The notes under the pieces are model-generated. The model searched no databases and was not told the DNA's origin. It was given only the letters and a program-made list of their open reading frames with translations. Shown here in pieces: positions 17,936 to 27,983 of a DNA stretch of 64,000 bases. Made by a program: the position numbers and the translations under genes. Within the stretch, counting starts at the first letter, position 1, and every line of letters starts with the position of its first letter. Source of the DNA: Halorutilales archaeon Cl-col2-1 (GTDB lineage: Archaea > Halobacteriota > Halobacteria > Halobacteriales > Afararchaeaceae); contig CP169074.1 in assembly GCA_041891055.1 (NCBI GenBank), positions 1,312,001-1,376,000 of the forward strand, given 5' to 3'.

Positions 17936-19207
17936 TTATTCGAATTTTTTGAGTTCAGTCTGTCTTCCATCATCGGAGGTATCGCCATCATATTCTATGC
18001 CATCCTCAGGGAATGCAGATGTAAATTTATCCCTAGCGTACTGTCGGATAAAGTCTTTTTTCTTATCATCGTCAAGATAGCTATTTTCTATGACATCTAT
18101 CGAGGAGCTTGCTTGATCCTCTGCTACTATTTCGAGGGTTCTATGCAGTTCTGCGTTTGCGCTGTGGTAGAATGTATACCAAAATCTACGCAGATTTTTA
18201 GGTGTAGGGGTAGATTCATCGCTTAAGGACACATTTGCTCTATTAGCTATGTCCTTAACCCAGTGTCTTAGTGTCTGATCGGTTCTGGACCCGGACTGAG
18301 TATCAGATGGGAATACTTTGCCGTTCCAGTTATCTTCGTTTCTCAGCTGATTTATATAATACTCAATAGCTTTTTTACCCCCCATGATAGCTACTTCTCC
18401 GGGGCCGTTCTTCCTTTCGCGGTATTCAATGCTTGGGTTATTGTCAATATCTATGTCTTGAGGGACATCTATCCTAATGATATCAGATGGGCGTGCTCCT
18501 GCTCCACCCATCAGGGCTAACAGAGCCTGTTCACGTAAGCTATCTGCCTCATACCACATGCGGCGTATTTGATCAGCAGATAGTGCCTCCGTCTTCGAGT
18601 CTGTCTCTCTCTCCCACCCAAACTCATCTAGTAGTCCATCTGCAGGATTATAATCAATTTCGCCGCGTCTGGCGCAATATTCGTAAAATTCTCTTAAATC
18701 AGTAGCGTAATTTATTTTGGATTGACCACTCTGGTAATAGTCGTCGATGACCTCAAAGACTCTCTCCAAGATGGCAAACCCAGATCTCTCTGAGCCACGT
18801 GCTAGACACATCAAGTCTCCGTCTCCAGTTATCTTATGTACGTAATCTAGGATAGTCGACAGACGTGATCTCCTTGACTCACGTGTAGTCTCGGCAAGTT
18901 TTTGGTGGTTTACTACATCATCTATATAGTTGTCGAGTTTACGCTGGGTCTCACTATGGTTGCCTGGCCAGTCATAGTCTAGGTTATCATCATCCCGGAA
19001 TCCATAGTGTTCGACCAACATCTCATGGGTGCTCATACCATACTCCCTTCTGGCCGCTCTGTGGATAGCACTGTATCCATTTTCGTTTATCCACTTATGT
19101 GATGGGAGCTCCAACTCTGGTTTGCCATCTTTTTTCAATTTTTCTTTTATTTCGGAGTTTACTATATCATCTATAAACTCTTTGGTATATTTTTTCCCGG
19201 ACATCAT
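17936..19207 (-). CDS. Divergent tyrosine recombinase-like protein
   Basis: SAM-like core, NPA, GARPSD (R), RKNG (K), TPKNLRR in place of HxxR, C-terminal SY; ATGA-coupled to the upstream integrase. Confidence 0.75.
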   Translation of the reverse strand: MMSGKKYTKEFIDDIVNSEIKEKLKKDGKPELELPSHKWINENGYSAIHRAARREYGMSTHEMLVEHYGFRDDDNLDYDWPGNHSETQRKLDNYIDDVVNHQKLAETTRESRRSRLSTILDYVHKITGDGDLMCLARGSERSGFAILERVFEVIDDYYQSGQSKINYATDLREFYEYCARRGEIDYNPADGLLDEFGWERETDSKTEALSADQIRRMWYEADSLREQALLALMGGAGARPSDIIRIDVPQDIDIDNNPSIEYRERKNGPGEVAIMGGKKAIEYYINQLRNEDNWNGKVFPSDTQSGSRTDQTLRHWVKDIANRANVSLSDESTPTPKNLRRFWYTFYHSANAELHRTLEIVAEDQASSSIDVIENSYLDDDKKKDFIRQYARDKFTSAFPEDGIEYDGDTSDDGRQTELKKFE

Positions 19208-20322
19208 CCTATACGATCAAGAGTGTCACGACGCTCCTCAGGCGTCGGATTAGTATACTTTATAGTCGTTTCAATATTTTTGTGTCTTAGTTGCTCTTTT
19301 GTTTGTTCTATGCCCCCTTCGGTAGTCATATGGTCTCCAACACTGTGTCTAATACTATACCATGTTATTTTGCGGTTTTCCGTCGGGATCCCAGCCTCAT
19401 CGCATATATCACGGATTAGACGACCGAGAGATTTAGATTTATAAGGATTAGCCTCTCTAGTTAGCCAAATCTCGTTACGTCCGTCGTATTTTGATTTATT
19501 TTGTCTTTGCTCAAGCCAGTGACGGAGTGCATCTGTGCTTTTTTCGGTGAGGGATACCTCCCAACTCTCACGGTTTTTTGCGGCGTCGTCCTTAGGTATA
19601 TATAGAGTGCTTTTCTCGAGGCGGATCCAATCCAGACTAGCACGCTCTACCTCGATAGGGCGGAGACCAGCATCGAGACTGACCCATACTAGACTAGAGA
19701 TTTTCCAGCTGTCTCTGACTCTGTCCCAGTCAGCAGGTGTCACCTCCGTCTTCGGCTTCTCGAGGCGCTGAGCTAGATAAGCTTGCCATCGATCCCTCTC
19801 GTCTGGACTGACAGAGTGATACTGTGGTATGGTATCATACTCTAGTGCTACGTCTCTTATCTGCCTCCTCTCCTCGCGCGTAAACGAGTCAGCCTGCTTG
19901 CCAGCAGACTCATCAAAATTATATTGAGGGGTCCATTTGTCTCCGCCTTTTTGATCCGCACGCCAGCTAAAGTATTTTTGCAGAGTGTTGACGAGCTTTC
20001 TTTTGTTGCTTCCGCTATAAATATCTCCGCTATCATCAAGTATAGTATCCTGCATCAGTCCCTGTAGGTACGCCTCTGCGTGGTCATGTGTTATCCTACC
20101 ATACCCATAGTTGTCCCATATCCAGCGCTTTATCTGATCGAGGCGACTGAGATAGTTATCCGTTGTCGACTCCGCTAACCCAGTGTGACTTTCTGGGTAT
20201 TTGCCTTTTTCTAGGCACCAGTTCACAAATTCTTTGTGCTCTTGCGCTTGCAGCATCTGTTTTTTGTCGCTGAGACGCTCTCCCATTGACTCTGAGAGAT
20301 AGTTATCTTGGGTCATCGACAT
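19204..20322 (-). CDS. Tyrosine integrase, haloarchaeal SNJ2-like type
   Basis: DAGLRPIEV, IPK...K, WYSIRHS, QLRHK, TIKY. Confidence 0.9.
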   Translation of the reverse strand: MSMTQDNYLSESMGERLSDKKQMLQAQEHKEFVNWCLEKGKYPESHTGLAESTTDNYLSRLDQIKRWIWDNYGYGRITHDHAEAYLQGLMQDTILDDSGDIYSGSNKRKLVNTLQKYFSWRADQKGGDKWTPQYNFDESAGKQADSFTREERRQIRDVALEYDTIPQYHSVSPDERDRWQAYLAQRLEKPKTEVTPADWDRVRDSWKISSLVWVSLDAGLRPIEVERASLDWIRLEKSTLYIPKDDAAKNRESWEVSLTEKSTDALRHWLEQRQNKSKYDGRNEIWLTREANPYKSKSLGRLIRDICDEAGIPTENRKITWYSIRHSVGDHMTTEGGIEQTKEQLRHKNIETTIKYTNPTPEERRDTLDRIG

Positions 20323-20377
20323 CAAGACATATATGATACCAATAAATCAGACTCATCCTCAAATCGAGATTTGATGG

Positions 20378-20528
20378 GGTAGTGTTCAGATAAGGATTTC
20401 AATTGAAGAGGTTGGGTTTTGACCGGTGTCAGTTCAAATCGCGAGCCAGAGAGAGAACAAGTTTAGGTGGACAAAAATAAGTTTGTAGATGTATTCCTTC
20501 CCACGAATCCGCTTATCTGAACACCGCC
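20378..20528. mobile_element. 151-bp MITE with 17-bp TIRs and 8-bp target-site duplication
   Basis: GGTAGTGTTCAGATAAG (20378) and CTTATCTGAACACCGCC (20512) match 15/17 in inverted orientation; TTTGATGG flanks both sides (20370-20377 and 20529-20536). Confidence 0.9.
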
Positions 20529-20576
20529 TTTGATGGGGGGCAAAGTTTAATATCCCTAAGTATTTATCCAAATTAG

Positions 20577-21788
20577 ATGTCAGATATTGAAAGTGGAATT
20601 ATATTAAGTGAACTAGAAAGAAAATATCTGGAGACAGGAGAGACAGGTAGTTATAGTGAGCCTGAGTTGAATAAAAGAATAGAATCTAAAGCAGAGGAAG
20701 ATCTTCCACAAGACATCATAGATCTAATACAGGATATTTCTCTACTATATCGAGAAGGAATTCTTGAAAGTGAAGGAGGAGAAAAAGGAAGAGAAACTCT
20801 AAGAAAAAAGATATCTGATTCTAGAATAACTGAAAAAGCGGAAACGCCAACTGAATCAGACATACAACTTATACAAGCGGAGAAAAGTAGTGAAGAAATA
20901 CATTTAGGTATCGAAATAGGCAATATACTAAAATTTCTTTACTCAGATATTAATAAATCGGATTTTGATTCACCGTCACCTGAAGCTGAATACTGGCATA
21001 ATTTGATATGGGGAATAGTTCTTTCATTTACTTATAACTATACCTATAATGCCCAGAAAACATACACAGAAAGGCTGGATCTCCTACGGGAATTAGATAA
21101 ACTTGGAAACCTTAAGCTAAATACGTCAATAGAACAAACAAAAGGAGTGGAATACCTCTCGAAAAGGTCTAGACCTACTCTAGGTATAATTAAAAAAGTA
21201 TTGAGTGAAAATGGTATTCATTATACTCCATTGTTAAAACACCGTATATTTAGGGAAGTAGGGGTGAATTTTGATTTAGATCCCAAAGATACTGATGAAA
21301 AGAAAGAAGACGAGTTAGGAGAGAAGATAAACGAACTAATTTCTCAGTATAATCTTAGAGAGGTAGAGAAAATACACGACTATCTTAGAAGAGATAAAAA
21401 ACATATCCGAAGTAAATACTATAAGGACACAAATGTCGAAGAACTATTGAAATTTATTTGGGGTAGAAAAGGAAAGAAGAGAAGTTATATTGCAAAGGAA
21501 ATGAAACGAGATAAAAAATTTGTGTCTCAGGCTTTGAAAGAGATTAGTGGAGATAGCGACAGATGGGAAAATAGACCACTAGTAAAAAAAGAAGATAAAA
21601 GGTGGTATACAACCTCGTACGGAGATCTTCTAATTAGATATAGTGGGAAAGAAAATCCGCATGAATGGCTACATTATTTAGCTATACTACAAGGCGATAA
21701 GAATGAACTAAAAAAAGATTGTGACGATAGAGAGAATTGGGAAGATGGAATACAAATACTAACCAAGGTTATTGAGGATCTTTGTTAA
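20577..21788 (+). CDS. Hypothetical Lys-rich protein, possible C-terminal wHTH
   Basis: 403-aa AT-rich ORF convergent with the integrase; KRSYIAKEM...VSQALKEI...WYTTSYG is wHTH-like. Confidence 0.7.
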   Translation: MSDIESGIILSELERKYLETGETGSYSEPELNKRIESKAEEDLPQDIIDLIQDISLLYREGILESEGGEKGRETLRKKISDSRITEKAETPTESDIQLIQAEKSSEEIHLGIEIGNILKFLYSDINKSDFDSPSPEAEYWHNLIWGIVLSFTYNYTYNAQKTYTERLDLLRELDKLGNLKLNTSIEQTKGVEYLSKRSRPTLGIIKKVLSENGIHYTPLLKHRIFREVGVNFDLDPKDTDEKKEDELGEKINELISQYNLREVEKIHDYLRRDKKHIRSKYYKDTNVEELLKFIWGRKGKKRSYIAKEMKRDKKFVSQALKEISGDSDRWENRPLVKKEDKRWYTTSYGDLLIRYSGKENPHEWLHYLAILQGDKNELKKDCDDRENWEDGIQILTKVIEDLC

Positions 21789-21789
21789 T

Positions 21790-22896
21790 CTAACCCATCC
21801 TATCTAGTGCATCCTTTCTGTCCTCTACGGGGGTCTGATCATATTTCATGGTCGTCTTCTCACTTTTGTGCCTCAACTGAGCCTGAGCGGCTGCGAGATC
21901 CTCTTCTCTAGTCATATACGTCCCGACAGAGTGGCGTATAGAATACCAGCTCATCTTTCTGTTATCCGTCGATATACCGGCTATATCACATAATCTTCGT
22001 AGGACATGTCTCAGAGAAGCTGACGAGTAAGGGTTAGCCTGTCTCGTTAGCCAGATCTTGTCGGTATCATCATACATGTCATACATCTTGCGCTGCTTAA
22101 CCCATCTCTTGAGTATATTCGCTGTCTTGTCTCGTAGACCTACCACCCAGTTCTCGTTATTCTTACTACTCTCTTCTTTCGGGATCCTCAGAACACCGTT
22201 TTTGAGGTCGAGCCACCCAATAACAGCTCTTTCAACTTCTATGGGACGTAGTCCGGCGTCAAGGCTTGTCCATACTAGACTGGGTATCTTCCAGTCGTTA
22301 GCTTTGTCCCAGTCTTCAGGAGAGACCTCATTCTTGGGTTTCTCGAACCTCTGAGCAAGATATGCTTTCCAGTGATCACGTCCTTCTGGAGAGAGATGGT
22401 TGTAGTGAGGCACGCTCCCGTATTCGAGAGCTGCTTCACGTATTTTCTTTCTCTCGTCCATCGTCAGGTAGTCTCTTGGCTGGGAGGCACCGCTACTGTC
22501 ACTGAATCTAATTTCGGGATCCCAGTTATCCCAGTTGTGTTCGTGTTTGTGCCACTTGAAAAGCATCTGGACGGATTTCTGGCAGTTGCTTTTGTGGACA
22601 TTGCTTTTGTCTTGGTGTGCAAGTTCTTTCATCCATCCGTCGGCGTGTTCGTGGGTTATGTCTGTGGTGTAGTGTCCTTCTTGTTCCCAGACCCAGCGGT
22701 AGAACTGATCCATCCGGTATGCTCGGGCTTCTACGGTGCTCTGCGCATAGCCTTTAACTTTACCCGGTTCTTTGCCGAACGTGAGAAGCCACGAGAGGCA
22801 TTCTTTGCGGTGTTGTCTGTAGTCTACTAGTTGTCGTTTGTTTAGTTTTTCTTCTGTTGGTGCAGGTATTACGGTTATATCGTTTAATTCGTCCAT
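21790..22896 (-). CDS. Tyrosine integrase, haloarchaeal SNJ2-like type, adjacent to tRNA-Glu
   Basis: DAGLRPIEV, IPKEESSKN, WYSIRHS, QLRHKS, TMKY; ATG 22896 (MDELND) preferred over TTG 22938. Confidence 0.92.
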   Translation of the reverse strand: MDELNDITVIPAPTEEKLNKRQLVDYRQHRKECLSWLLTFGKEPGKVKGYAQSTVEARAYRMDQFYRWVWEQEGHYTTDITHEHADGWMKELAHQDKSNVHKSNCQKSVQMLFKWHKHEHNWDNWDPEIRFSDSSGASQPRDYLTMDERKKIREAALEYGSVPHYNHLSPEGRDHWKAYLAQRFEKPKNEVSPEDWDKANDWKIPSLVWTSLDAGLRPIEVERAVIGWLDLKNGVLRIPKEESSKNNENWVVGLRDKTANILKRWVKQRKMYDMYDDTDKIWLTRQANPYSSASLRHVLRRLCDIAGISTDNRKMSWYSIRHSVGTYMTREEDLAAAQAQLRHKSEKTTMKYDQTPVEDRKDALDRMG

Positions 22897-23054
22897 CGTA
22901 TCCTCGTGATGTTTAAGCGAATCGTAATGGTCACGCAATATAATAATCGCCCGACATCGTCGGGGTGACTGTTCAACTGAGTTTCATTGCCCTAACCCAA
23001 CATAATTATCCGATCTTTGTCGGGGTTGAAAACACCAGAAGGAGACGGGTTGAA

Positions 23055-23129
23055 TGCTCCGTCAGGGATTTGAACCCTGGTCATTGCCTCGAGAGGGCAA
23101 TATGATTGGCCGGACTACACCAACGGAGC
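23055..23129 (-). tRNA. tRNA-Glu (CTC), CCA not encoded
   Basis: GCTCCGT/ACGGAGC acceptor stem, TTGCC-CTCTCGA-GGCAA anticodon arm, CAGGG-TTCAAAT-CCCTG T arm. Confidence 0.97.
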
Positions 23130-23337
23130 GCGCATTACTTCGTATGCCCAAAAAGGTATTAACCCTTTTGCTTTCGGCGTGTGAGACTCAATAGGGAGAG
23201 AATGTCTGAGACGCGCCGATAAACTGATCTGAAGCCTCTCGTAGAGTAATACGCAGTTATGAAAGAGATGAAAACATCTGAACTATGAGAAGGGATTTAA
23301 CCCGTCTCATCGTATCTGTGGCAAGAGAAAGATAAAG

Positions 23338-24174
23338 ATGAGACTTATTCGCGGTTTCGCTTTCGTGGCTCTCGGTATACTCGCCGTCGTGGCTGTCTCG
23401 GGAGGGGCGGCTGCACAGTCCGATCCGGGCTCGTTAACTGTAGACGTGAACCAGAACTCGACGGACGTAGTCATATCAGTGACACAGAACTCAACGCCTG
23501 TCGAAGGGGCGCGTGTCGAGGTGTCGAGCATAGGCGACGACGCCGTCTTCGACGGTGTCTACACTACGGGGGAAGACGGGAGGATAGCCATAGACAGTAA
23601 GTCGGTGGCTTCCTTCGGGTCTGAGGCGGGTGTCGTACAGATCAGGATCAACGTCAGACACGAAAATACCAACTCGGCTTTCTTCACGACAGTCGTCACA
23701 GACAGAGGACTCGGAGAATCGACGCCGCTTGGACAGCGTATCTCATTAGCTCTGCGTGACTCGGTGGCTACGACACGGGGAACTGTCGAGGGAAGCCTCC
23801 TAGTGACACGTATCGGATCATCTGAGACGGAGAATGCCTCGGAAGTCGAGCTTCTCGGAGACCACGCCAACCACGTCTTAGAGCTTCTGAGACAGCAGAG
23901 AGAGAGCGAGAGAAGGCTCCAGACGAGGTTTGCGATGGGGAACATAGACATATTCGAGTTCCACAGCCGAATGGTAGAGATGTCGGCGAGGGAGAAGGCT
24001 CTCAAGAGTGATCTCGAAGTCACTGTAAGACGTCTCGAACGGACACCCGACTCAGATCTGAGGCAGAACGGCTACGACCCCGTTAGGACAGGTATACTCT
24101 ACAGGAACCTGAGGAGCGATATACAGATCAGATACGAGGACATAAGTCTGTCGCAGAACGAGTCGTCGACGTAG
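23338..24174 (+). CDS. Secreted hypothetical protein
   Basis: Signal peptide (MRLIRG...AAAQ), Ig-like beta region, then a helical region. Confidence 0.75.
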   Translation: MRLIRGFAFVALGILAVVAVSGGAAAQSDPGSLTVDVNQNSTDVVISVTQNSTPVEGARVEVSSIGDDAVFDGVYTTGEDGRIAIDSKSVASFGSEAGVVQIRINVRHENTNSAFFTTVVTDRGLGESTPLGQRISLALRDSVATTRGTVEGSLLVTRIGSSETENASEVELLGDHANHVLELLRQQRESERRLQTRFAMGNIDIFEFHSRMVEMSAREKALKSDLEVTVRRLERTPDSDLRQNGYDPVRTGILYRNLRSDIQIRYEDISLSQNESST

Positions 24175-24248
24175 TCCGGTGGTGGGCTCTCGTCGCCAGT
24201 CTCGTTCGGAATCCTCAAGAGCGAGACCGACTTATCTCTCCTAACCAG

Positions 24249-26312
24249 ATGCTTACAGTTCTCATATCTCCCAACTCGAACAAGGACGAGTACAGGGTGA
24301 TTCCCTCGAGAGACGGAAACCGTCTCTTCGTGGGGACTCTCGAAGTCGGAGAGACATCGAAAGGTCCACGTCCGAAGAAGTTCCGGGTAAGGAGAGACGG
24401 CGACGAGGAGCTTCAGAAGCCCGACGACTTCATCGATCTCGTGAGGATGGCTGACGAGATAGTTCTGACTCAGAGCGGCAACGAGGGGATGAAGGACGAC
24501 GTGAGAGAGCTTCTTTCAGCGTACCAGCTTGAGAGCCGTGAGGAAGATGTCTGCCGTTACTGTCTCATAGACAACGAGTACACGCCACTCGGATACGACC
24601 GTATCAAACACGGAGACGAGTTCATCTGTCCCGACTGCGCGAAGCAGGAGCTAAGGAGAGAGGTGTCTTACAAGGGAGACCTGTCGTCGTCATCGTCGTC
24701 TGACTCGACGTCGGCAGCGATAGACAGGATGTACGAGATACTGATGGAGGTTCGTGACCTCGAAAAAGTCGTGGGTCTCCTCAATTCCAGCCTCGACCCC
24801 GAGCTCACGAAGTTCGACGAGATCTCGGAGAACGTCGAGACACGCGAGGAGATACGTCTCGATGACCTGCCCCTGAGAGACGAGTTCCGGTCTCTGTTGC
24901 CGTTCGACACACTCCTACCCGTCCAGTCGAAGAGCGTCGAGAACGGTCTCTTAGACGGCGAGGATCAGCTCGTAGTTAGTGCGACCGCGACGGGTAAGAC
25001 ACTCATAGGAGAGCTCGCAGGTATACAAAGAGCACTCGAAGGCAAGGGGAAGACGTTGTTCCTCGTTCCCCTCGTCGCCCTCGCCAACCAGAAGTACTCA
25101 CGTTTCAACGAGGACTACTCGGGTATACTCGACGTAACACAGCGTGTGGGATCGAACCGCATATACGGAGGAGAGGAGAGCTTCGACCCGAGTGCTGACG
25201 TCGTAGTAGGAACCTACGAGGGTATCGACCACGCTCTGAGGACGGGGCGTGACCTCGGAGAGATAGGTACGGTTGTCATAGACGAGGTTCACAACCTGAT
25301 GGACGACGAGAGAGGGCACAGGCTCGACGGTCTCATAACACGTCTGAGACATTACACTGGCGAAGTAAAGGGGTCAGGTACGGACACAGACACAGTTACA
25401 GATACCCAGTGGATATTCCTGTCAGCGACGGTCGGTAATCCCGTGGAGCTCTCGGAGAAGCTCAACGCGAGACTCGTCGAGTACGAGGATCGTCCGGTTC
25501 CGATAGAGCGCCATCTCACATTCGCTTCGAGGAGAGAGAAGCCCGACATAATAAACAGGCTCGTCAAACGCGAGTACAACAAGAAGTCGTCGAAGGGATA
25601 CAGGGGTCAGACGATAGTCTTCACCAACTCACGGCGGCGTTGCCACAAGATAGCGGGGAAGATAGACACCACGGCGGCGGCGTACCACGCCGGACTGTCG
25701 TCGAACGAGAGGAAACAGGTCGAGAGGTACTTCGGAGAGGGGGAGATTTCGACCGTCGTGACGACGGCGGCACTAGGAGCCGGCGTCGACTTCCCGGCGT
25801 CACAGGTTATATTCGAGAGTCTCGCGATGGGTATAGACTGGCTCACAGTACAGGAGTTCGAACAGATGCTCGGAAGGGCGGGGAGACCCGACTACCACGA
25901 CCGTGGAGTCGTCTACCTACTCGCAGAGATCGACGGCGTCTACCACAGAAGTATGGAGAGAACCGAGGAGGAGGTCGCTGTCGACCTCCTCAAGGGCGAG
26001 ATGGGGGGTGTCGCGGTCGAGTACGACTCGAGTGCGGTGATGGAGGAGACACTCGCCAACCTCGCCGCAGGTGGCGACGATTACGCGAGTCTCAACGACG
26101 ACCTTATGTACGAGATCGACACCGACCGGGCTGTCTCGAAGCTCAGAGAGTACGGTCTGATGAGGAACGGCAGGATCACCGAGATGGGTAGGATAGGCGC
26201 GTCACATTTCCTGACGCCGAAGCAGGTCGAGACGATGGAGAAGAGCGCGAGACGTGAGGATCCGCCACACAAGACCGTCGCCGAACTTGAGCTTCTCGGC
26301 GACGAGATGTAA
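24249..26312 (+). CDS. Archaea-specific Ski2-like DEAD/DEAH helicase (ASH-Ski2 type)
   Basis: N-terminal CRYC...CPDC zinc motif, SATATGKT, DEVH, SAT, QMLGRAGRP. Confidence 0.88.
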   Translation: MLTVLISPNSNKDEYRVIPSRDGNRLFVGTLEVGETSKGPRPKKFRVRRDGDEELQKPDDFIDLVRMADEIVLTQSGNEGMKDDVRELLSAYQLESREEDVCRYCLIDNEYTPLGYDRIKHGDEFICPDCAKQELRREVSYKGDLSSSSSSDSTSAAIDRMYEILMEVRDLEKVVGLLNSSLDPELTKFDEISENVETREEIRLDDLPLRDEFRSLLPFDTLLPVQSKSVENGLLDGEDQLVVSATATGKTLIGELAGIQRALEGKGKTLFLVPLVALANQKYSRFNEDYSGILDVTQRVGSNRIYGGEESFDPSADVVVGTYEGIDHALRTGRDLGEIGTVVIDEVHNLMDDERGHRLDGLITRLRHYTGEVKGSGTDTDTVTDTQWIFLSATVGNPVELSEKLNARLVEYEDRPVPIERHLTFASRREKPDIINRLVKREYNKKSSKGYRGQTIVFTNSRRRCHKIAGKIDTTAAAYHAGLSSNERKQVERYFGEGEISTVVTTAALGAGVDFPASQVIFESLAMGIDWLTVQEFEQMLGRAGRPDYHDRGVVYLLAEIDGVYHRSMERTEEEVAVDLLKGEMGGVAVEYDSSAVMEETLANLAAGGDDYASLNDDLMYEIDTDRAVSKLREYGLMRNGRITEMGRIGASHFLTPKQVETMEKSARREDPPHKTVAELELLGDEM

Positions 26313-26609
26313 CTACGAGTTACGGTCGACCCAGTCTTCGTAGTCGTCGTTGGCTTCGGATTTCCGTCTTATCACAGCAGGCACATCGTAGGGATGGATA
26401 TCCTCGACGGCTTGGCGCACCTCCTCGAAGTCGCGTGACGTCTTTACGTCGACCGCGTACTCCGACTCCACGACTGTCTCGCCCTCCCATCTATATACTG
26501 ACCGTATCTCGTGGTAGTTGACACACGCCGCATATCCCGCATCGACTAGCTCGAAGGCGATCTCCTCGGCGGAGTCGACGTCGGGAACCGTGGTGTGTAC
26601 CTCGATCAT
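26313..26609 (-). CDS. cutA: Divalent-cation tolerance protein CutA
   Basis: AACVN...SVYRWEG...HPYDVP...Y..W. Confidence 0.92.
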   Translation of the reverse strand: MIEVHTTVPDVDSAEEIAFELVDAGYAACVNYHEIRSVYRWEGETVVESEYAVDVKTSRDFEEVRQAVEDIHPYDVPAVIRRKSEANDDYEDWVDRNS

Positions 26610-26669
26610 GGCTGGCTGTCACGTCTGAGACACAAAACCGTTTTGTAAATCCGGGCAGAATACTCCGTA

Positions 26670-27983
26670 ATGGTATCATTCGCAGCCTGGCTTCTGTTCG
26701 GATTCGGTCTCTACTGGACAGCAGTCATCATGCTCTCGTCGGGCGGCTTCTTAGAGAAGTACAACATAGACACAATGGGACCTCTGTTTCTTCTCAGGAC
26801 GGAACGGTGGAAGGACTTACTCGACCGTCTCGCGCGTCCCAAGAGGTTCTGGAGGGCATACGGAAACCTCGGGATAGCGGTCGCAGTCGGCGTAATGGTT
26901 ATCTCGTTCTTCCTACTCGTGATGACGGGGTACAGAAACCTCGTCTCACCGCCCGAGCCGAGCCAGTTCAACCAGCCCGAGAACGTCCTCGTGATTCCGG
27001 GAGTCAACGACTTCCTTCCTCTCTCCATGGCTCCCGAGATAGTCGCCGGACTCGCTATAGGAATCATAGTCCACGAGGGCGGACACGGTATCATGTGCAG
27101 GGTCGGCGACATAGAAGTATCGAGCATGGGACTCCTGACCTTCGCAGTCCTCCCCGTCGGCGCTTTCGTCGAGCCCGACGAGGACGAGGTCGAGAAGGCT
27201 AGCTCGGGGTCGAAGACACGTATGTTCGCAGCGGGTGTGATGAACAACTTCGTTCTGACAGTCTTCGTCTTCGTCCTCCTCGGTCTGAGTATGACCGCGG
27301 TCCAGCCCATAGACGGAGTGGGTGTCAAGACGGTCGTTGAGGAGTCGCCCGCCGCGGAGTCGGGTCTGGAGCCGGGAGACATCATAAAGTCGATAGAGGG
27401 AACACAGGTCGGAACAGTCGAGAAGTTCATGTCGGTGATGAGAGAGACATCGCCGGGAGAAACCGTCGAGATAGAGGTATACAGGGAAGGCGAGATACGC
27501 ACGGTAGCCACCACACTCGGCGAGAACCCGCGTGACACCTCGATCGGATACTTAGGGGTCTCGGCGTTCGGAATTACGGACGTCTACTCGTCGCTCGCTT
27601 CGCTGAACCCGAGGGACTGGCTCGTGACAGTCTTCCTGCCGTTCGGTATACTCGGGTCGGCTTTCCCCGGTTTCACCGGTGAGATAGCCGGCTTCTACGA
27701 ACTCACGGGCGTCGCGGCGTCACTCGGCGGTCTCTACTGGCTGATACCCAACCTCCTCTTCTGGACGGCTTGGGTTAACTTCAACCTAGGACTCTTCAAC
27801 TGCGTCCCAGCGGTTCCGCTCGACGGAGGACATATACTCCGTGAGGGAGCCGAGAAGGTCGTCAGTCCTTTCGTCAAGGGTGACACGAAAGAGAAGGTCG
27901 CGGGCGCACTCACGGGCGCGACTGCCATACTCATGTTCGGCAGCCTTCTCCTGATGATGTTCGGTCCACGTCTTATGGGGTGA
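26670..27983 (+). CDS. Site-2 (M50) membrane metalloprotease with PDZ domain
   Basis: HEGGH, GAFVEPDE, PDZ (SPA..GLEPGD), FNCVPAVPLDGG. Confidence 0.92.
   Translation: MVSFAAWLLFGFGLYWTAVIMLSSGGFLEKYNIDTMGPLFLLRTERWKDLLDRLARPKRFWRAYGNLGIAVAVGVMVISFFLLVMTGYRNLVSPPEPSQFNQPENVLVIPGVNDFLPLSMAPEIVAGLAIGIIVHEGGHGIMCRVGDIEVSSMGLLTFAVLPVGAFVEPDEDEVEKASSGSKTRMFAAGVMNNFVLTVFVFVLLGLSMTAVQPIDGVGVKTVVEESPAAESGLEPGDIIKSIEGTQVGTVEKFMSVMRETSPGETVEIEVYREGEIRTVATTLGENPRDTSIGYLGVSAFGITDVYSSLASLNPRDWLVTVFLPFGILGSAFPGFTGEIAGFYELTGVAASLGGLYWLIPNLLFWTAWVNFNLGLFNCVPAVPLDGGHILREGAEKVVSPFVKGDTKEKVAGALTGATAILMFGSLLLMMFGPRLMG

Larger units (their letters stand above)
1..23054. mobile_element. tRNA-Glu-anchored genomic (defence) island; left boundary outside the window
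   Basis: Integrase beside the tRNA 3' end, an abrupt compositional and codon-usage shift at the tRNA, defence-type cargo and remnants. No second att copy seen in the window. Confidence 0.8.
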
